A stretch of 64,000 bases of DNA, from assembly GCA_963665295.1 (NCBI GenBank), contig OY762209.1, positions 1,440,001 to 1,504,000 on the forward strand, in the 5' to 3' direction. Of this stretch, positions 18,936 to 28,417 are shown piece after piece. The stretch is from Syntrophorhabdaceae bacterium (GTDB lineage Bacteria > Desulfobacterota > Syntrophorhabdia > Syntrophorhabdales > Syntrophorhabdaceae). Within the stretch, counting starts at the first letter, position 1; the number at the start of each line of letters is the position of its first letter. The translations under genes were made by a program, and so were the position numbers. The notes below the pieces were generated by a model, which made no database searches, was not told the origin of the DNA, and worked only from the letters and a program-made list of their open reading frames with translations.

Positions 18936-19979
18936 ATGAAACTGTTTTTCACCATCTTTTTTCTCATTCTCGCCACCGTGGCTTCGGGGGCCGACCTCAT
19001 TATCGGGGGCGAAACCAGGTATACGGTCCAGAAGGGCGACCGGTTTGAAATCATCGGGGCCAGGCTCGGCGTTTTCTGGAAAAACATTGCAAAAGAGAAC
19101 GGACTCGATCCCCTGGGGCCCGTCACTCCGGGGCAGGAGATCCGGGTCACTACCAGGAAGATCGTCCCGAAGGTGGTGGATGACGGCATTGTGATCAACA
19201 TAGCGGACAGGACCCTTTACCTTTTCAAGAAGGGGAAACTGACCTCCTATCCCGTGGGCGTGGGCCAGCCCTCGGAAACGGACTTCGGCGACTGGCGGAC
19301 GCCCACGGGAAGGTTCACCATTGTGGCCAAGAAGAAGAACCCCACCTGGTACGTTCCCGACTCCATCCAGATGGAGATGGCGGCCAAGGGGAAGACCGTG
19401 GAAGAAACGGTCGCTCCGGGTCCCAAGAACCCCCTCGGAAGGTATGCCCTCATCACCTCCATACCGGGGGTGCTGATCCACGAAACCATATGGCCGGCGA
19501 GCGTATACCGCTTTCAGAGCCACGGGTGTGTGAGGATGCTTCCCGAGAGCATGGAAAAACTGTTCCCGGAAGTGGAGCGGGGCACCAAAGGGGAGATCAT
19601 CTACGAGCCGGTCAAGGTCGCGGTGGCGGAAAACGGGGCGGTATACCTGGAAGTCCGCACGGACACGTATAAGAGGGTCGCTTCCATGAAAGACCACGCG
19701 TGGAAGGTGATAGAGGAGCGGAAGCTTGGCGGCAAGGTCGACCGGGTCAGGGTCGAACAGGTCATCAAGGAGAAGTCGGGAATTGCGGAAAACGTCACGG
19801 CCCGACCGAAAGAGGCGGAGGTAGCCAAAGAGAAGGTGTTTTTTCAGAAATTCTTCGATTTTTTCAAGCCGGGGTCGGCCAAGAAGGGTAAGACCCCCCG
19901 TCCTCAGGGGACGGCTTTTCTGGGCGGTTGGGCCCAGAATGGGGCATCAAGGGTAAATCTTCGTATCTCATCCGTGTGA
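18936..19979 (+). CDS. L,D-transpeptidase with LysM domain
   Basis: Signal peptide, YTVQKGD LysM, GPKNPLG, IHET...SHGCVRM. Confidence 0.92.
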   Translation: MKLFFTIFFLILATVASGADLIIGGETRYTVQKGDRFEIIGARLGVFWKNIAKENGLDPLGPVTPGQEIRVTTRKIVPKVVDDGIVINIADRTLYLFKKGKLTSYPVGVGQPSETDFGDWRTPTGRFTIVAKKKNPTWYVPDSIQMEMAAKGKTVEETVAPGPKNPLGRYALITSIPGVLIHETIWPASVYRFQSHGCVRMLPESMEKLFPEVERGTKGEIIYEPVKVAVAENGAVYLEVRTDTYKRVASMKDHAWKVIEERKLGGKVDRVRVEQVIKEKSGIAENVTARPKEAEVAKEKVFFQKFFDFFKPGSAKKGKTPRPQGTAFLGGWAQNGASRVNLRISSV

Positions 19980-20803
19980 CCCGGTTTGACGATTTTCACA
20001 TAAAGCTCCGGAAATCCTTCCCGGGGCAGGAAGGCGACCCACGTCGCCAGGGTGCACACCTTTTTTGAATCACCGCATGCCTGCCGGATGCTGTCGTTCC
20101 CCGTGCCCGATTTATCCTCCGTAAGAAGTATGAACTGTTCGAAGCCGAGAGGCAGGCGGGAGCCGGCCAGGAGGCCGTTGATGCGATCGAGCCTCTTCCT
20201 GCTGCCCGGGGTGGGTCGCTCGTTCGACCCCGAGAATTTCCTGTCCAGATAGTGGTTGGTGTGGGTAAGAATTCCGTCCGCAGTACTTCTCAACGAAATC
20301 TTCCCTCCCGGCGCCACCTCGACGACGGCGATCTTCGCCGTGTCGGCGAGGATGTAAAAGGCGGGGTGACTGGCCGCGAACATGGCTTCTTCGTGAAGGA
20401 CCCCGTCCACCGAGGAAAAGGTCGTGAGGATCCTGTCGGTGAGGTCCTCCGTGGCGACGTTCCGTTTCTCGTCGGGGAGGCTCGTGGCCGAGGCGTTCAC
20501 CACGGTGAGACCCTTTTCGTTGATTCCCGATACCACGTATCCGTCGGCCTCCGGATCGAAAAGGCCGAGAAAGCGAAAGCCCTTCTCCGGGGCGACAAAC
20601 CTGAGTTCGGTGACGAGATTCTTCGAGTTATCACGGTTCTTGGCGATGAGGACGCCCCTGTCGCCCACCATCGAGCCTTTTGCCGTGAAAAGGGTGCAGG
20701 CCCCGGAAGGCGGGGGGCATATAGCAAAGAGGAAGAACAGGATGCCGGCCCATAAGGTTGCCATCAGGCTCCGAGGGAATGAAATATTCTCTAAAGCGGC
20801 CAT
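19904..20803 (-). CDS. Secreted Ntn-hydrolase (peptidase C45 / acyltransferase-like)
   Basis: Signal-like segment, then ACT nucleophile, IAKNRD, GINEKGL, THTNHY. Confidence 0.8.
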   Translation of the reverse strand: MAALENISFPRSLMATLWAGILFFLFAICPPPSGACTLFTAKGSMVGDRGVLIAKNRDNSKNLVTELRFVAPEKGFRFLGLFDPEADGYVVSGINEKGLTVVNASATSLPDEKRNVATEDLTDRILTTFSSVDGVLHEEAMFAASHPAFYILADTAKIAVVEVAPGGKISLRSTADGILTHTNHYLDRKFSGSNERPTPGSRKRLDRINGLLAGSRLPLGFEQFILLTEDKSGTGNDSIRQACGDSKKVCTLATWVAFLPREGFPELYVKIVKPGHTDEIRRFTLDAPFWAQPPRKAVP

Positions 20804-20810
20804 GGGACGC

Positions 20811-21290
20811 TCAGTTGTTGCCCGGTGTGGAGGGGAAGCCCTTTTTCGATACCTCGAGCCATTCGAGCATGTGGGAGAGCATCTCGATCTGGGCGTCTTC
20901 GAGGATGGAGTCGAACCTCTCCTTCGCGGCCCCGATGAGCATGGCATTGGCCGTGTCGGTGGTGTCGCTTGAAACGAGGATGACGGGAAGGTTCATGCAG
21001 CAGGCGTAGCCGGCCTCGAAGGCGGTGCCCGTGTCGTTGTCGTCCGTCAGGGCCATGAGGGCGTCGCAGTCTTCGAGCAGGTCGAGGCAGGACTTCTTTA
21101 TGGCCTTGCTCATGGTGAGCTTGGTCTCCATGTCGCCCTCCACGTTGGGGGAATAAAGGAAGGGGTCCACGATGGTGATGTTCCTCCCGTGTTCGAGTCG
21201 GGCCAGGCTGCCCGTCAGTTTCTGAAGAAATTCTCTCTTCACGCGTTCCTGCTCACTGGTAAAGCATGGATGTGCAAAATACACGAGCAT
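20811..21290 (-). CDS. Nucleoside 2-deoxyribosyltransferase-like protein
   Basis: VYFAHPCF, DTGTAFEAGYA, NAML motifs. Confidence 0.85.
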   Translation of the reverse strand: MLVYFAHPCFTSEQERVKREFLQKLTGSLARLEHGRNITIVDPFLYSPNVEGDMETKLTMSKAIKKSCLDLLEDCDALMALTDDNDTGTAFEAGYACCMNLPVILVSSDTTDTANAMLIGAAKERFDSILEDAQIEMLSHMLEWLEVSKKGFPSTPGNN

Positions 21291-21522
21291 ACGACCCTCC
21301 AACAGTAGTATGGGACATTATAACCCATTTCCGCGAACTTGTCGCCGGTCGGCGTGAAGGTCGGCGTGAAGGTCGGGATTGTGCTTGTGAGTCTTGCGTA
21401 CACTTGGACGGATCGCCGCACGGAACGAAAACGCTATATAGGCCGCTCTGCAAAGGGAGGCGTGCTCTGGCGTATGAATATACGCCGACGCCCAGCCTCC
21501 CTTCACAGCCCAACCTATCTAG

Positions 21523-22655
21523 TGTACTGTCTCACTAATAGCTTTCCAATTACCCTTGGCTATGCTATCATAGTGCATGTGGAATCCAGCCAGTACGCTA
21601 GACATGACGGAAGAGCAGAGAAAGACATTGGAAACATGGGTCAAAGCAAAGAAGACTCCCCAAAGGGTGGTTCTACGCTCCCGCATCTGCCTGCTCGCGG
21701 CAGAAGGGATGTCCCATAACGCCATAGCGAAGAGGCTCAATACCTCCCGCCCTACGGTGATATTGTGGGTAGGCCGCTTCAGAGAACAGGGCCCCTCCGG
21801 TTTGTCGGAGGACGCACCCCATGGGCCGAGTTCAAGGCGCCTTAACCCGGAGATAGTGCGCACCATCGTGGAAGCCACGCTCCATACAACTCCCAAAGAT
21901 GCTACTCAGTGGTCCACCCGCACCATGGCAAAGGAGAAGGGCGTGAGCCATGCCACCGTGCAGCGCATCTGGGATGCCCATGGACTACAGCCCCATCGGG
22001 TAGAAACTTTCAAGCTGTCCAGAGACAAGAAGTTCGTGGAGAAACTGACCGATGTGGTGGGCGTCTATCTCAATCCTCCCGACAAAGCGGTGGTACTCTG
22101 TGTGGATGAGAAAAGCCAGGTGCAGGCCCTGGACCGGACCCAGCCGGGATTACCGATGAAGAAGGGGCGCTGCGGCACGATGACCCACGACTACAAAAGG
22201 AACGGCACTACCTGTCTTTTTGCCGCCCTCAATGTTCTGGAAGGAAAAGTCATAGGCTCCTGCTATCCCCGCCACAGAAATACCGAATTTCTTAAGTTCC
22301 TGCGTACCATAGACCGTCAGGTGCCAAAGGGCCTCGATGTCCATATGATTCTCGACAACTACGGAACTCATACCCACCCCAATGTGAAAGCATGGCTCGA
22401 AAAACACCCCCGTTTCGTTCCCCACTTTACACCCACAAGCTCGTCGTGGCTTAACCTGGTGGAGCGCTGGTTCGGGGAGATCACACGAAAGAGAATTCGT
22501 CGCGGCATCTTCAAAAGCGTTCAGGAACTGGTGACCGCCATCGAAGAATATATTCGCTGCAACAACGAAGACCCCAAACCCTTCGTATGGACCAGGAAGG
22601 CCGAGGAGATACTTGAAAAAGTGAATCGCTGTAAAGGCGTTACTGAGACACTACA
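21523..22655 (+). mobile_element. IS630-family insertion sequence
   Basis: Terminal IRs TGTACTGTCTCACTAA / TTACTGAGACACTACA (14/16); CTAG on both sides (21519-21522, 22656-22659). Confidence 0.93.
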
Positions 22656-22659
22656 CTAG
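21577..22659 (+). CDS. IS630 transposase
   Basis: N-terminal HTH, VDEKSQ, HDYKRNGT, ILDNYGTH, SWLNLVERWF; stop codon lies in the CTAG target. Confidence 0.96.
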   Translation: MWNPASTLDMTEEQRKTLETWVKAKKTPQRVVLRSRICLLAAEGMSHNAIAKRLNTSRPTVILWVGRFREQGPSGLSEDAPHGPSSRRLNPEIVRTIVEATLHTTPKDATQWSTRTMAKEKGVSHATVQRIWDAHGLQPHRVETFKLSRDKKFVEKLTDVVGVYLNPPDKAVVLCVDEKSQVQALDRTQPGLPMKKGRCGTMTHDYKRNGTTCLFAALNVLEGKVIGSCYPRHRNTEFLKFLRTIDRQVPKGLDVHMILDNYGTHTHPNVKAWLEKHPRFVPHFTPTSSSWLNLVERWFGEITRKRIRRGIFKSVQELVTAIEEYIRCNNEDPKPFVWTRKAEEILEKVNRCKGVTETLH

Positions 22660-22982
22660 CGTCTCCGCCCCGTGCGACGATCCACTCGACCCGGCAGCAA
22701 TTAATCAAAAGAGCTAATGATGCCGGGAGATTTGCCCCAGGGGAGAGGCAGGCCTACCGGCGTAGGAACAGAGTGTACAAAGGCCCGGCCCAAAAATAGA
22801 ACGCCCCGGGCGCAGGGGAGTACCTCCCCCCCAACAGGCAGGCTGATATCCCCGCTCCAAAGATATGGAAAGGCATATATAGATTACCCCGCCGCAGGCA
22901 GCGGGGCACGAAACCCCGGGGACACCACCATGGGGCCCGCGGCTTGGGTGCAACCCTTCGCTGATCCAACTGGTCGTTATTT

Positions 22983-23165
22983 CCGGCATCGATTGATTAA
23001 AATAAATAAGATGTGCCGGGTGGAGTAGGTGGGGGCATGGAGGGGAAGTTTCAGATGGGCTGCTCTGTGAAGGGGTGTGGCCTGGAGCCGTACTTAATGT
23101 ACGGAGGAAGGCTCGCCCCTTTGCAGAGGGGTCCATATGGAGCTTTCCCTTTATGCCCCCACCTA
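22983..23165 (+). repeat. Hairpin-family copy B
   Basis: CCGGCATC-(AT-rich)-GATGTGCCGG, then arms AGGTGGGGGCATGGAGGGGAAGTTTCA / TGGAGCTTTCCCTTTATGCCCCCACCT around CCGTAC-TTAAT-GTACGG. Confidence 0.85.
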
Positions 23166-23243
23166 TCCACTAAAACAGCCTTGCACGCCCCACGCAGCAA
23201 TACCAGGTGCTCGCGCTGCCCGGGGAATATCGGGGGGGGGATA

Positions 23244-24537
23244 GGCAATGTACAATCTCTTGTGTCAAGAAAGAAGATGGGGTACCATTCGATCTTTGCC
23301 GTTTGCACCGCCAAGCACATAGACAAGGAGGAGGTACCCCGAATGAATCAGCATGTAATGGTAAACAATCTATCACAGGCAATGAAAATGGTAAAGGAAA
23401 TGGATGGTTTTTCAGAAGAGCGGTGGACCGATGACTACCGGGAGGTCGGACGCAACGCCATAGGGAATTTCCTCCGGGACCGTATGAAGGAGTCCATAAG
23501 CGATTATCTTGGTCGTGTACCCGAAGGAGCAGACAGAAGGAACGGAAGTTACCCCAGGCACGTGCTGACCGAGATAGGAGATATAGCCCTCTCTATACCC
23601 CGGACGCGGACCTATAACCCGATTCACGTGATTGAAGCCTATGCGAGGAGAAGCAAGGAAGTAGACCGGCTCATCCTCTCCTGCTTCTTGTTGGGTCTCT
23701 CCACCAGGAAGGTAGGAGCAACGCTCCTTACCATTCTCGGGGAGAAGGTGAGCCCCGGTACGGTGAGCAGGGTGGTAAAGACACTCGACGCGGATGTGGC
23801 CGCATTCCACAGGAGACATCTCTCCAATATCTACAAGGCGCTCATCTTGGATGGGGTGGTCCTCTCCAGGAAGACCGGCATGGGGGCCGCAAAGAGACCT
23901 GTCCTCGTAGTCCTGGGCATACGCGAGGACGGCAGGAAAGAGGTCATCGACTTCCGCCTTGCCTCCTCCGAGAGCAGCGCAGAATGGGATGTCTTCCTTC
24001 GTGATCTCTCTGCAAGAGGGCTCACCGGGAAGAATGTGGAGGTAGTCTCGGTAGACGGGGGAAAGGGACTCCTTTCCGTTCTCCGTCATTATTATACCTC
24101 CATCCCCATCCAGCGCTGCTGGGCTCATAAGATACGTAACATCACCGATAAGGTAAAGAGGAAGGATCAGGACGCGGTAAGGGAAGGACTACGAGATATC
24201 TATAATGCCGCCCATATCCGTGAGGCGAGGAAATATGCGGGGCTATGGAAAGAGAAATGGAAAGACACGTACCCTGATGCGGTGACGTGCCTCTTTGCCG
24301 ATATTGATGATCTCTTTACCTGTTTCATGTTTAAGGACCTTGCCTTCCGGAAGAGCATACGCACTACCAACCTCATAGAAAGGAGATTCAAAGAGGTGAA
24401 GAGGAGGACGAGACCTATGGGGGTGTTCAGTGATAAAACGAGCATGGACAGGATTCTCTATGCCATCTTCATGTATGAGAACAGATCGAAGGGGACGTCC
24501 CCCATTTTCTCGCTGACACATAAGTCTTGACATTGCC
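23244..24537 (+). mobile_element. IS256-family insertion sequence
   Basis: Imperfect 24-bp IRs GGCAATGTACAATCTCTTGTGTCA / TGACACATAAGTCTTGACATTGCC; 9-bp direct repeat GGGGGGATA (23235-23243, 24538-24546). Confidence 0.92.
23343..24530 (+). CDS. IS256 (Mutator-type) transposase
   Basis: RRNGSYPR, GLSTRK, ILDG, VDGGKGL, QRCWAHK, RTTNLIER; GGAGG RBS before ATG 23343. Confidence 0.95.
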   Translation: MNQHVMVNNLSQAMKMVKEMDGFSEERWTDDYREVGRNAIGNFLRDRMKESISDYLGRVPEGADRRNGSYPRHVLTEIGDIALSIPRTRTYNPIHVIEAYARRSKEVDRLILSCFLLGLSTRKVGATLLTILGEKVSPGTVSRVVKTLDADVAAFHRRHLSNIYKALILDGVVLSRKTGMGAAKRPVLVVLGIREDGRKEVIDFRLASSESSAEWDVFLRDLSARGLTGKNVEVVSVDGGKGLLSVLRHYYTSIPIQRCWAHKIRNITDKVKRKDQDAVREGLRDIYNAAHIREARKYAGLWKEKWKDTYPDAVTCLFADIDDLFTCFMFKDLAFRKSIRTTNLIERRFKEVKRRTRPMGVFSDKTSMDRILYAIFMYENRSKGTSPIFSLTHKS

Positions 24538-24610
24538 GGGGGGATATCGGGTTTGACACGGGAGGGGAATTACGGGTAATTTGTTGTACGAAGGTGTTCA
24601 GGGAGAGAGA

Positions 24611-26167
24611 ATGAGCGAGAGACTTGTCAATGTAGGTGACTGGATACGGCAGTGGAGCGCGATCAGGCCGAATGCCACGGCGATCATCGCGAATGACGTA
24701 CCGTGTTCCTACCGGGAACTGGACCGCCGAATCAACAAGCTGTGCCATGCCCTTATCGGGCTCGGGATTTCAAAGGGCGACCGGGTGGCGGTGTTGCTTC
24801 ACAACTGCCGGGAATACATCGAGATATTCTTCTCCCTTGCCAAACTGGGGGCAATCATGGTTCCCATGAACTGGCGACTCGCCGCGCCGGAGATACGCTT
24901 CATTCTCCGCGACAGCGGCACCAAAGTGGTGATCTTTGAGGGAGAATTCACGGAGGCCGTGAACTCGGTGCGGTCAGGGGAAGCCATCGAATGCTGCATT
25001 CACCTCTCTCCCCACGGTGGGGAAGACGCGGCGCCCTCGTGGGCCAACGGCTACGAGTCCCTCCTTGCGCCCATGAGCGACCATGAGCCGGAACCGGAAG
25101 AGCGGGCCGGGGACACCGACCCTCACATCATCATGTATACTTCCGGGACTACCGGGGTGCCCAAGGGCGCGGTCCTGTCCCACAGGAAGACCTTCTTCAA
25201 CGTGCTCAATTCCGACATGTTCTTCGACCTCACCACCAGGGACCGGATGATCGTGACGCGGCCCATGTTCCATTCGGGAGGACTGATCGTCGATTCCGCG
25301 CCTGTCCTCTACAAAGGAGGGACCATCATCGTGAAACGGCGGTTCCGGCCCATCGAGATCCTGGAGACGGCCCAAAGATACCAGGTCACGCTCATGGAAC
25401 TCCCCGCCACGGTCTATCAATTTATCCTCAACGAGTGCAATCTCGACGAATACGACCTGAGTTCGGTCCGCTGCTGCTTCACGGGCGGCGAACGGGTCCC
25501 GGTTCACCTGCTCCGGTCTCTCGCCGACAAGGGCCTCGTAGTCTCCCAGATTTACGGATTGACCGAGGCCTCCACGATCTTCTGGCTGCCGAGCGAAGAG
25601 GCCCGGGAGAAGATAGGCTCCGTGGGCCATCCTATCTTTCACGGCAGGGTGAAGATCGTGGACGAGGAAGGCGTGCCCGTGAAGCCGGGCGAGAGCGGCG
25701 AGGTGGTGGTCAAGGGCCCCATCGTCATGAGCGGTTACTGGCAGCGACAGGACCTGACGGACGAGGTCGTCAAAGACGGATGGCTCCATACAGGGGACAT
25801 TGCGCGCATGGACGAGGACGGGTTCGTCTACATCATGGACAGGAAGAAGGACATGTACATAAGCGGCGGGGAAAACGTCTATCCTGCGGAGATCGAAAAG
25901 CTTCTCCTCGCCCATCCGAAAGTGATGGACGCCGCGGTGGTGGGTGTGGCGGACGAGAAGTGGGGGGAAGTCGGAAAGGCCTTCGTCGTGTTGAGAGACA
26001 ATGAGGAGGCAAGGGCCGAGGAGATCCTCGCATTTCTCAAGGACAAACTTGCCAGGTATAAGATGCCCAAATATGTGGAATTCACCGACGCCCTCCCCAG
26101 GACCGCATCGGAGAAGATACGAAAGTACCTGTTGAAGAACGGGGCTGACGGCGTGGTTTCTACTTAG
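24611..26167 (+). CDS. Acyl-CoA synthetase (long-chain/aryl, AMP-forming)
   Basis: YTSGTTGVPKG, YGLTE, LHTGD, DRKKDMYISGGENVYPAEIE, C-terminal catalytic Lys region PRTASEK. Confidence 0.93.
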   Translation: MSERLVNVGDWIRQWSAIRPNATAIIANDVPCSYRELDRRINKLCHALIGLGISKGDRVAVLLHNCREYIEIFFSLAKLGAIMVPMNWRLAAPEIRFILRDSGTKVVIFEGEFTEAVNSVRSGEAIECCIHLSPHGGEDAAPSWANGYESLLAPMSDHEPEPEERAGDTDPHIIMYTSGTTGVPKGAVLSHRKTFFNVLNSDMFFDLTTRDRMIVTRPMFHSGGLIVDSAPVLYKGGTIIVKRRFRPIEILETAQRYQVTLMELPATVYQFILNECNLDEYDLSSVRCCFTGGERVPVHLLRSLADKGLVVSQIYGLTEASTIFWLPSEEAREKIGSVGHPIFHGRVKIVDEEGVPVKPGESGEVVVKGPIVMSGYWQRQDLTDEVVKDGWLHTGDIARMDEDGFVYIMDRKKDMYISGGENVYPAEIEKLLLAHPKVMDAAVVGVADEKWGEVGKAFVVLRDNEEARAEEILAFLKDKLARYKMPKYVEFTDALPRTASEKIRKYLLKNGADGVVST

Positions 26168-27104
26168 AGAGCAGGCGATCGAGAAAAGCCGCGCCCTTCC
26201 GGTAGTCGTCGATATTGGCGACGCCCGCGAGATACCGGCCTGACTGGCGTATAACCAATCCTTTGTAAAGGGGGTCCCTGGCCGTCAGGGTGACCGTGCG
26301 CGCGGTCCTTGTTACCCCGGGCTCCACCTCTGACTTGGCGAGATACGCCGTATACTGCTCGAGGGTCCGGACTGCGGCGTTGGCGGACGGATCGAGGATG
26401 AGAAAGACCTTCACCTTCTTGCCGTCGATAGTCCCCTCCGCAGTCAGCCCCTTCTTGAAAAACTCATAACCCAGGACGCTCACGGCAACATACTTTTCCG
26501 TGCGGGGGGTGATTCCGGGGGCCCCGAGAACCTCCGTTTCCCGAGGACGGGTAGGCGGCCCCGGCAGCTTTGCGGCAATGGCCCTGGCGCAGGCAACGAG
26601 GGAGCGTGCTTCGGGCTCTCCTTCTCCCGACGAGGATACCTGTACGAAATAACGGTCCTGATAGAACATAAGCTGGGAACCGGTGGAGAAACCCTCCGCC
26701 CCTATGAGGACAGGTTCCGCATCGGGGTCCCTGTAATTCGAATATATGCCGAAGGCGTCGAGGAGAGAGCCCATCCGGTAGATATCGACGGCGATGGCGG
26801 TCTTCGGACTGCCTGCCCTCGCGTAGACTGCGGAGGCAAGGGCGGCGAAACCGTAAGGGAGGTAAAGCTCCGCTTCCCCGTTGATGTGCTGGTAGAGATT
26901 TTCCGGAGTAAAGGTCTCCGGTTTGCCTTGCATGACCCACGTGACACCGAATCCGGGCAACGGCAGAAGACGGGCTATGGACGCGTCGGGACTTGTCCCG
27001 GAGGGTCCGGCGGCCGACAGGGGGAGGGAAAAGGCGACAAGGGCAGCCGCGAGAAGGGCGCCCATAAGAAACATCTCCGTGAAAACAGCCGATTTCGGTC
27101 TCAT
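26160..27104 (-). CDS. Exported DUF6599-like protein
   Basis: Signal peptide, NLYQHINGEAELYLPYGF, AFGIYS; follows the Tat oxidoreductase gene. Confidence 0.65.
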   Translation of the reverse strand: MRPKSAVFTEMFLMGALLAAALVAFSLPLSAAGPSGTSPDASIARLLPLPGFGVTWVMQGKPETFTPENLYQHINGEAELYLPYGFAALASAVYARAGSPKTAIAVDIYRMGSLLDAFGIYSNYRDPDAEPVLIGAEGFSTGSQLMFYQDRYFVQVSSSGEGEPEARSLVACARAIAAKLPGPPTRPRETEVLGAPGITPRTEKYVAVSVLGYEFFKKGLTAEGTIDGKKVKVFLILDPSANAAVRTLEQYTAYLAKSEVEPGVTRTARTVTLTARDPLYKGLVIRQSGRYLAGVANIDDYRKGAAFLDRLLSK

Positions 27105-27115
27105 TCTCACCTCTT

Positions 27116-28252
27116 TCAGACGAATAAAGTCCTGGCCCGTTCCATCTTCGAGGGAATGTCGAGGCCGTTGACGCATTGGGCCACGCATTCGTCGCAGTTG
27201 AGACAGGCGGATGCCGACGCGGCGTTCCCGACCTCTTCGTAGGTTGCGCGGGCAAGCTCCATGCTCCCGTAGCTTTCGAGGTACATAAGGGAACGGTTGA
27301 CGGTGCTGATGGCCACCTTCCTGGGGCAGGTGGGTTCGCAGGTCGCGCAGAGGCGGCAGTAAACACCGCCTACGGCCCGGGCATAGCGTTCGAGAATCCG
27401 AGCGTCGGCGGCGGTGAACTTCATGCCCATGACGGACATGTCTTCCTGAAGCATGCGCATGTCTTTCATGCCGGGGATGGCGGCAGTCACGTTCGTGTCG
27501 AGGAGCGCCCACTTGAGGGCGGCCTGATGGGGGCTGAGAGGTCCCAGGGCCTCGGTCTTGTACCCGCCCGCCTGGGTCTTCATGGCGATTATCCCCATGC
27601 CCGTCTTTGCCGCCCGGGCGATGGCCTCCTTGACCGCAGGAGGGCTCGTGAAATTGTATCCCACCAGGGCCGTATCGAAAAACCTCTCGGGGTCCGCCAT
27701 GAGGGCGTTTAATACCTCGGCCTGGCCCGTGTGGCTGGTAACGCCGAAGAACCTCACCTTCCCCTGCTTTCTGAGTTCCGCGAGGGCCTCCCGGGTTTCC
27801 GGGTTGGAGATACGGTCCGTGTTCCCGTGGGTCAGGTTATGAAGCTGGATTACGTCGATGTGGTCCGTACGGAGCTTCGTCAGGCTTGTCTCTACATCGG
27901 CGAAGATATCCTTTTTCGAAACCGAGTCCGGCCTGGTCTTTGTGGCGACATACACTTTGTCCCTTCGTCCCTTGAGTGCCCTCCCCACGATCTCCTCGTT
28001 CCTGCCGTTCATATACCTGCGTGCAGTGTCAACATAGTTGACGCCCATATCGAAGGCGACCTCCATGACTTCGTGCTCAGGCGTAAGCATGGCGCCGAAA
28101 CCGACCATAGTAACCTTGAGGCCGGTTCTGCCCAGGACCCGGTAAACAGGACCCGGGGCCGCGCCTCTCGATGGGCCGGCGAGACCGGCGAGACCGGTTG
28201 CCGCAGACGCGGCCCCCACGATGCCAAGTTTCAGGAAATCTCTTCGTTTCAT
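27116..28252 (-). CDS. Tat-signal aldo/keto reductase with C-terminal 4Fe-4S motifs
   Basis: MKRRDFLK; RVLGRTG, DTARRY, ATK, LHN; CRLCATCEPTCP and CLNCDECVAQC. Confidence 0.9.
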   Translation of the reverse strand: MKRRDFLKLGIVGAASAATGLAGLAGPSRGAAPGPVYRVLGRTGLKVTMVGFGAMLTPEHEVMEVAFDMGVNYVDTARRYMNGRNEEIVGRALKGRRDKVYVATKTRPDSVSKKDIFADVETSLTKLRTDHIDVIQLHNLTHGNTDRISNPETREALAELRKQGKVRFFGVTSHTGQAEVLNALMADPERFFDTALVGYNFTSPPAVKEAIARAAKTGMGIIAMKTQAGGYKTEALGPLSPHQAALKWALLDTNVTAAIPGMKDMRMLQEDMSVMGMKFTAADARILERYARAVGGVYCRLCATCEPTCPRKVAISTVNRSLMYLESYGSMELARATYEEVGNAASASACLNCDECVAQCVNGLDIPSKMERARTLFV

Positions 28253-28417
28253 GGGTTTGCAACCTCCCGAAGGACTATTTTGAACCTCTTAAAGGCAGGT
28301 CCAAGGACCTTTTCGTAGTATACTCCAAACAGTTTGCAATTAGTAGGGGCCTTCCGGCCGCGAGGGCCGGGCAAGGTCCCGAACGACAGAGGGGCATGAC
28401 ATCCCGCCCGTCCCGGT

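Larger units (their letters stand above)
21410..22726 (-). repeat. Hairpin-family copy A (interrupted by IS630)
   Basis: Removing the IS and one CTAG restores arms GGATCGTCGCACGGGGCGGAGACGCTA / TAGCGTTTTCGTTCCGTGCGGCGATCC; upstream CCGGCAGC-N20-GATGCCGG. Confidence 0.85.

Noticed and set aside
19904..19979. 76-bp overlap of convergent L,D-transpeptidase and Ntn-hydrolase genes
   Set aside because: Most simply a non-conserved C-terminal extension; no evidence of function
21347..21376. GGTCGGCGTGAA repeated 2.5 times
   Set aside because: Short intergenic tandem duplication, probably slippage; no spacers, so not CRISPR
22714..23342. ORFs 22714-23136 and 22717-23028, and the N-terminal extension of the IS256 ORF from 23013
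   Set aside because: They cross the hairpin repeat or the IS boundary; the transposase has a good RBS at 23343
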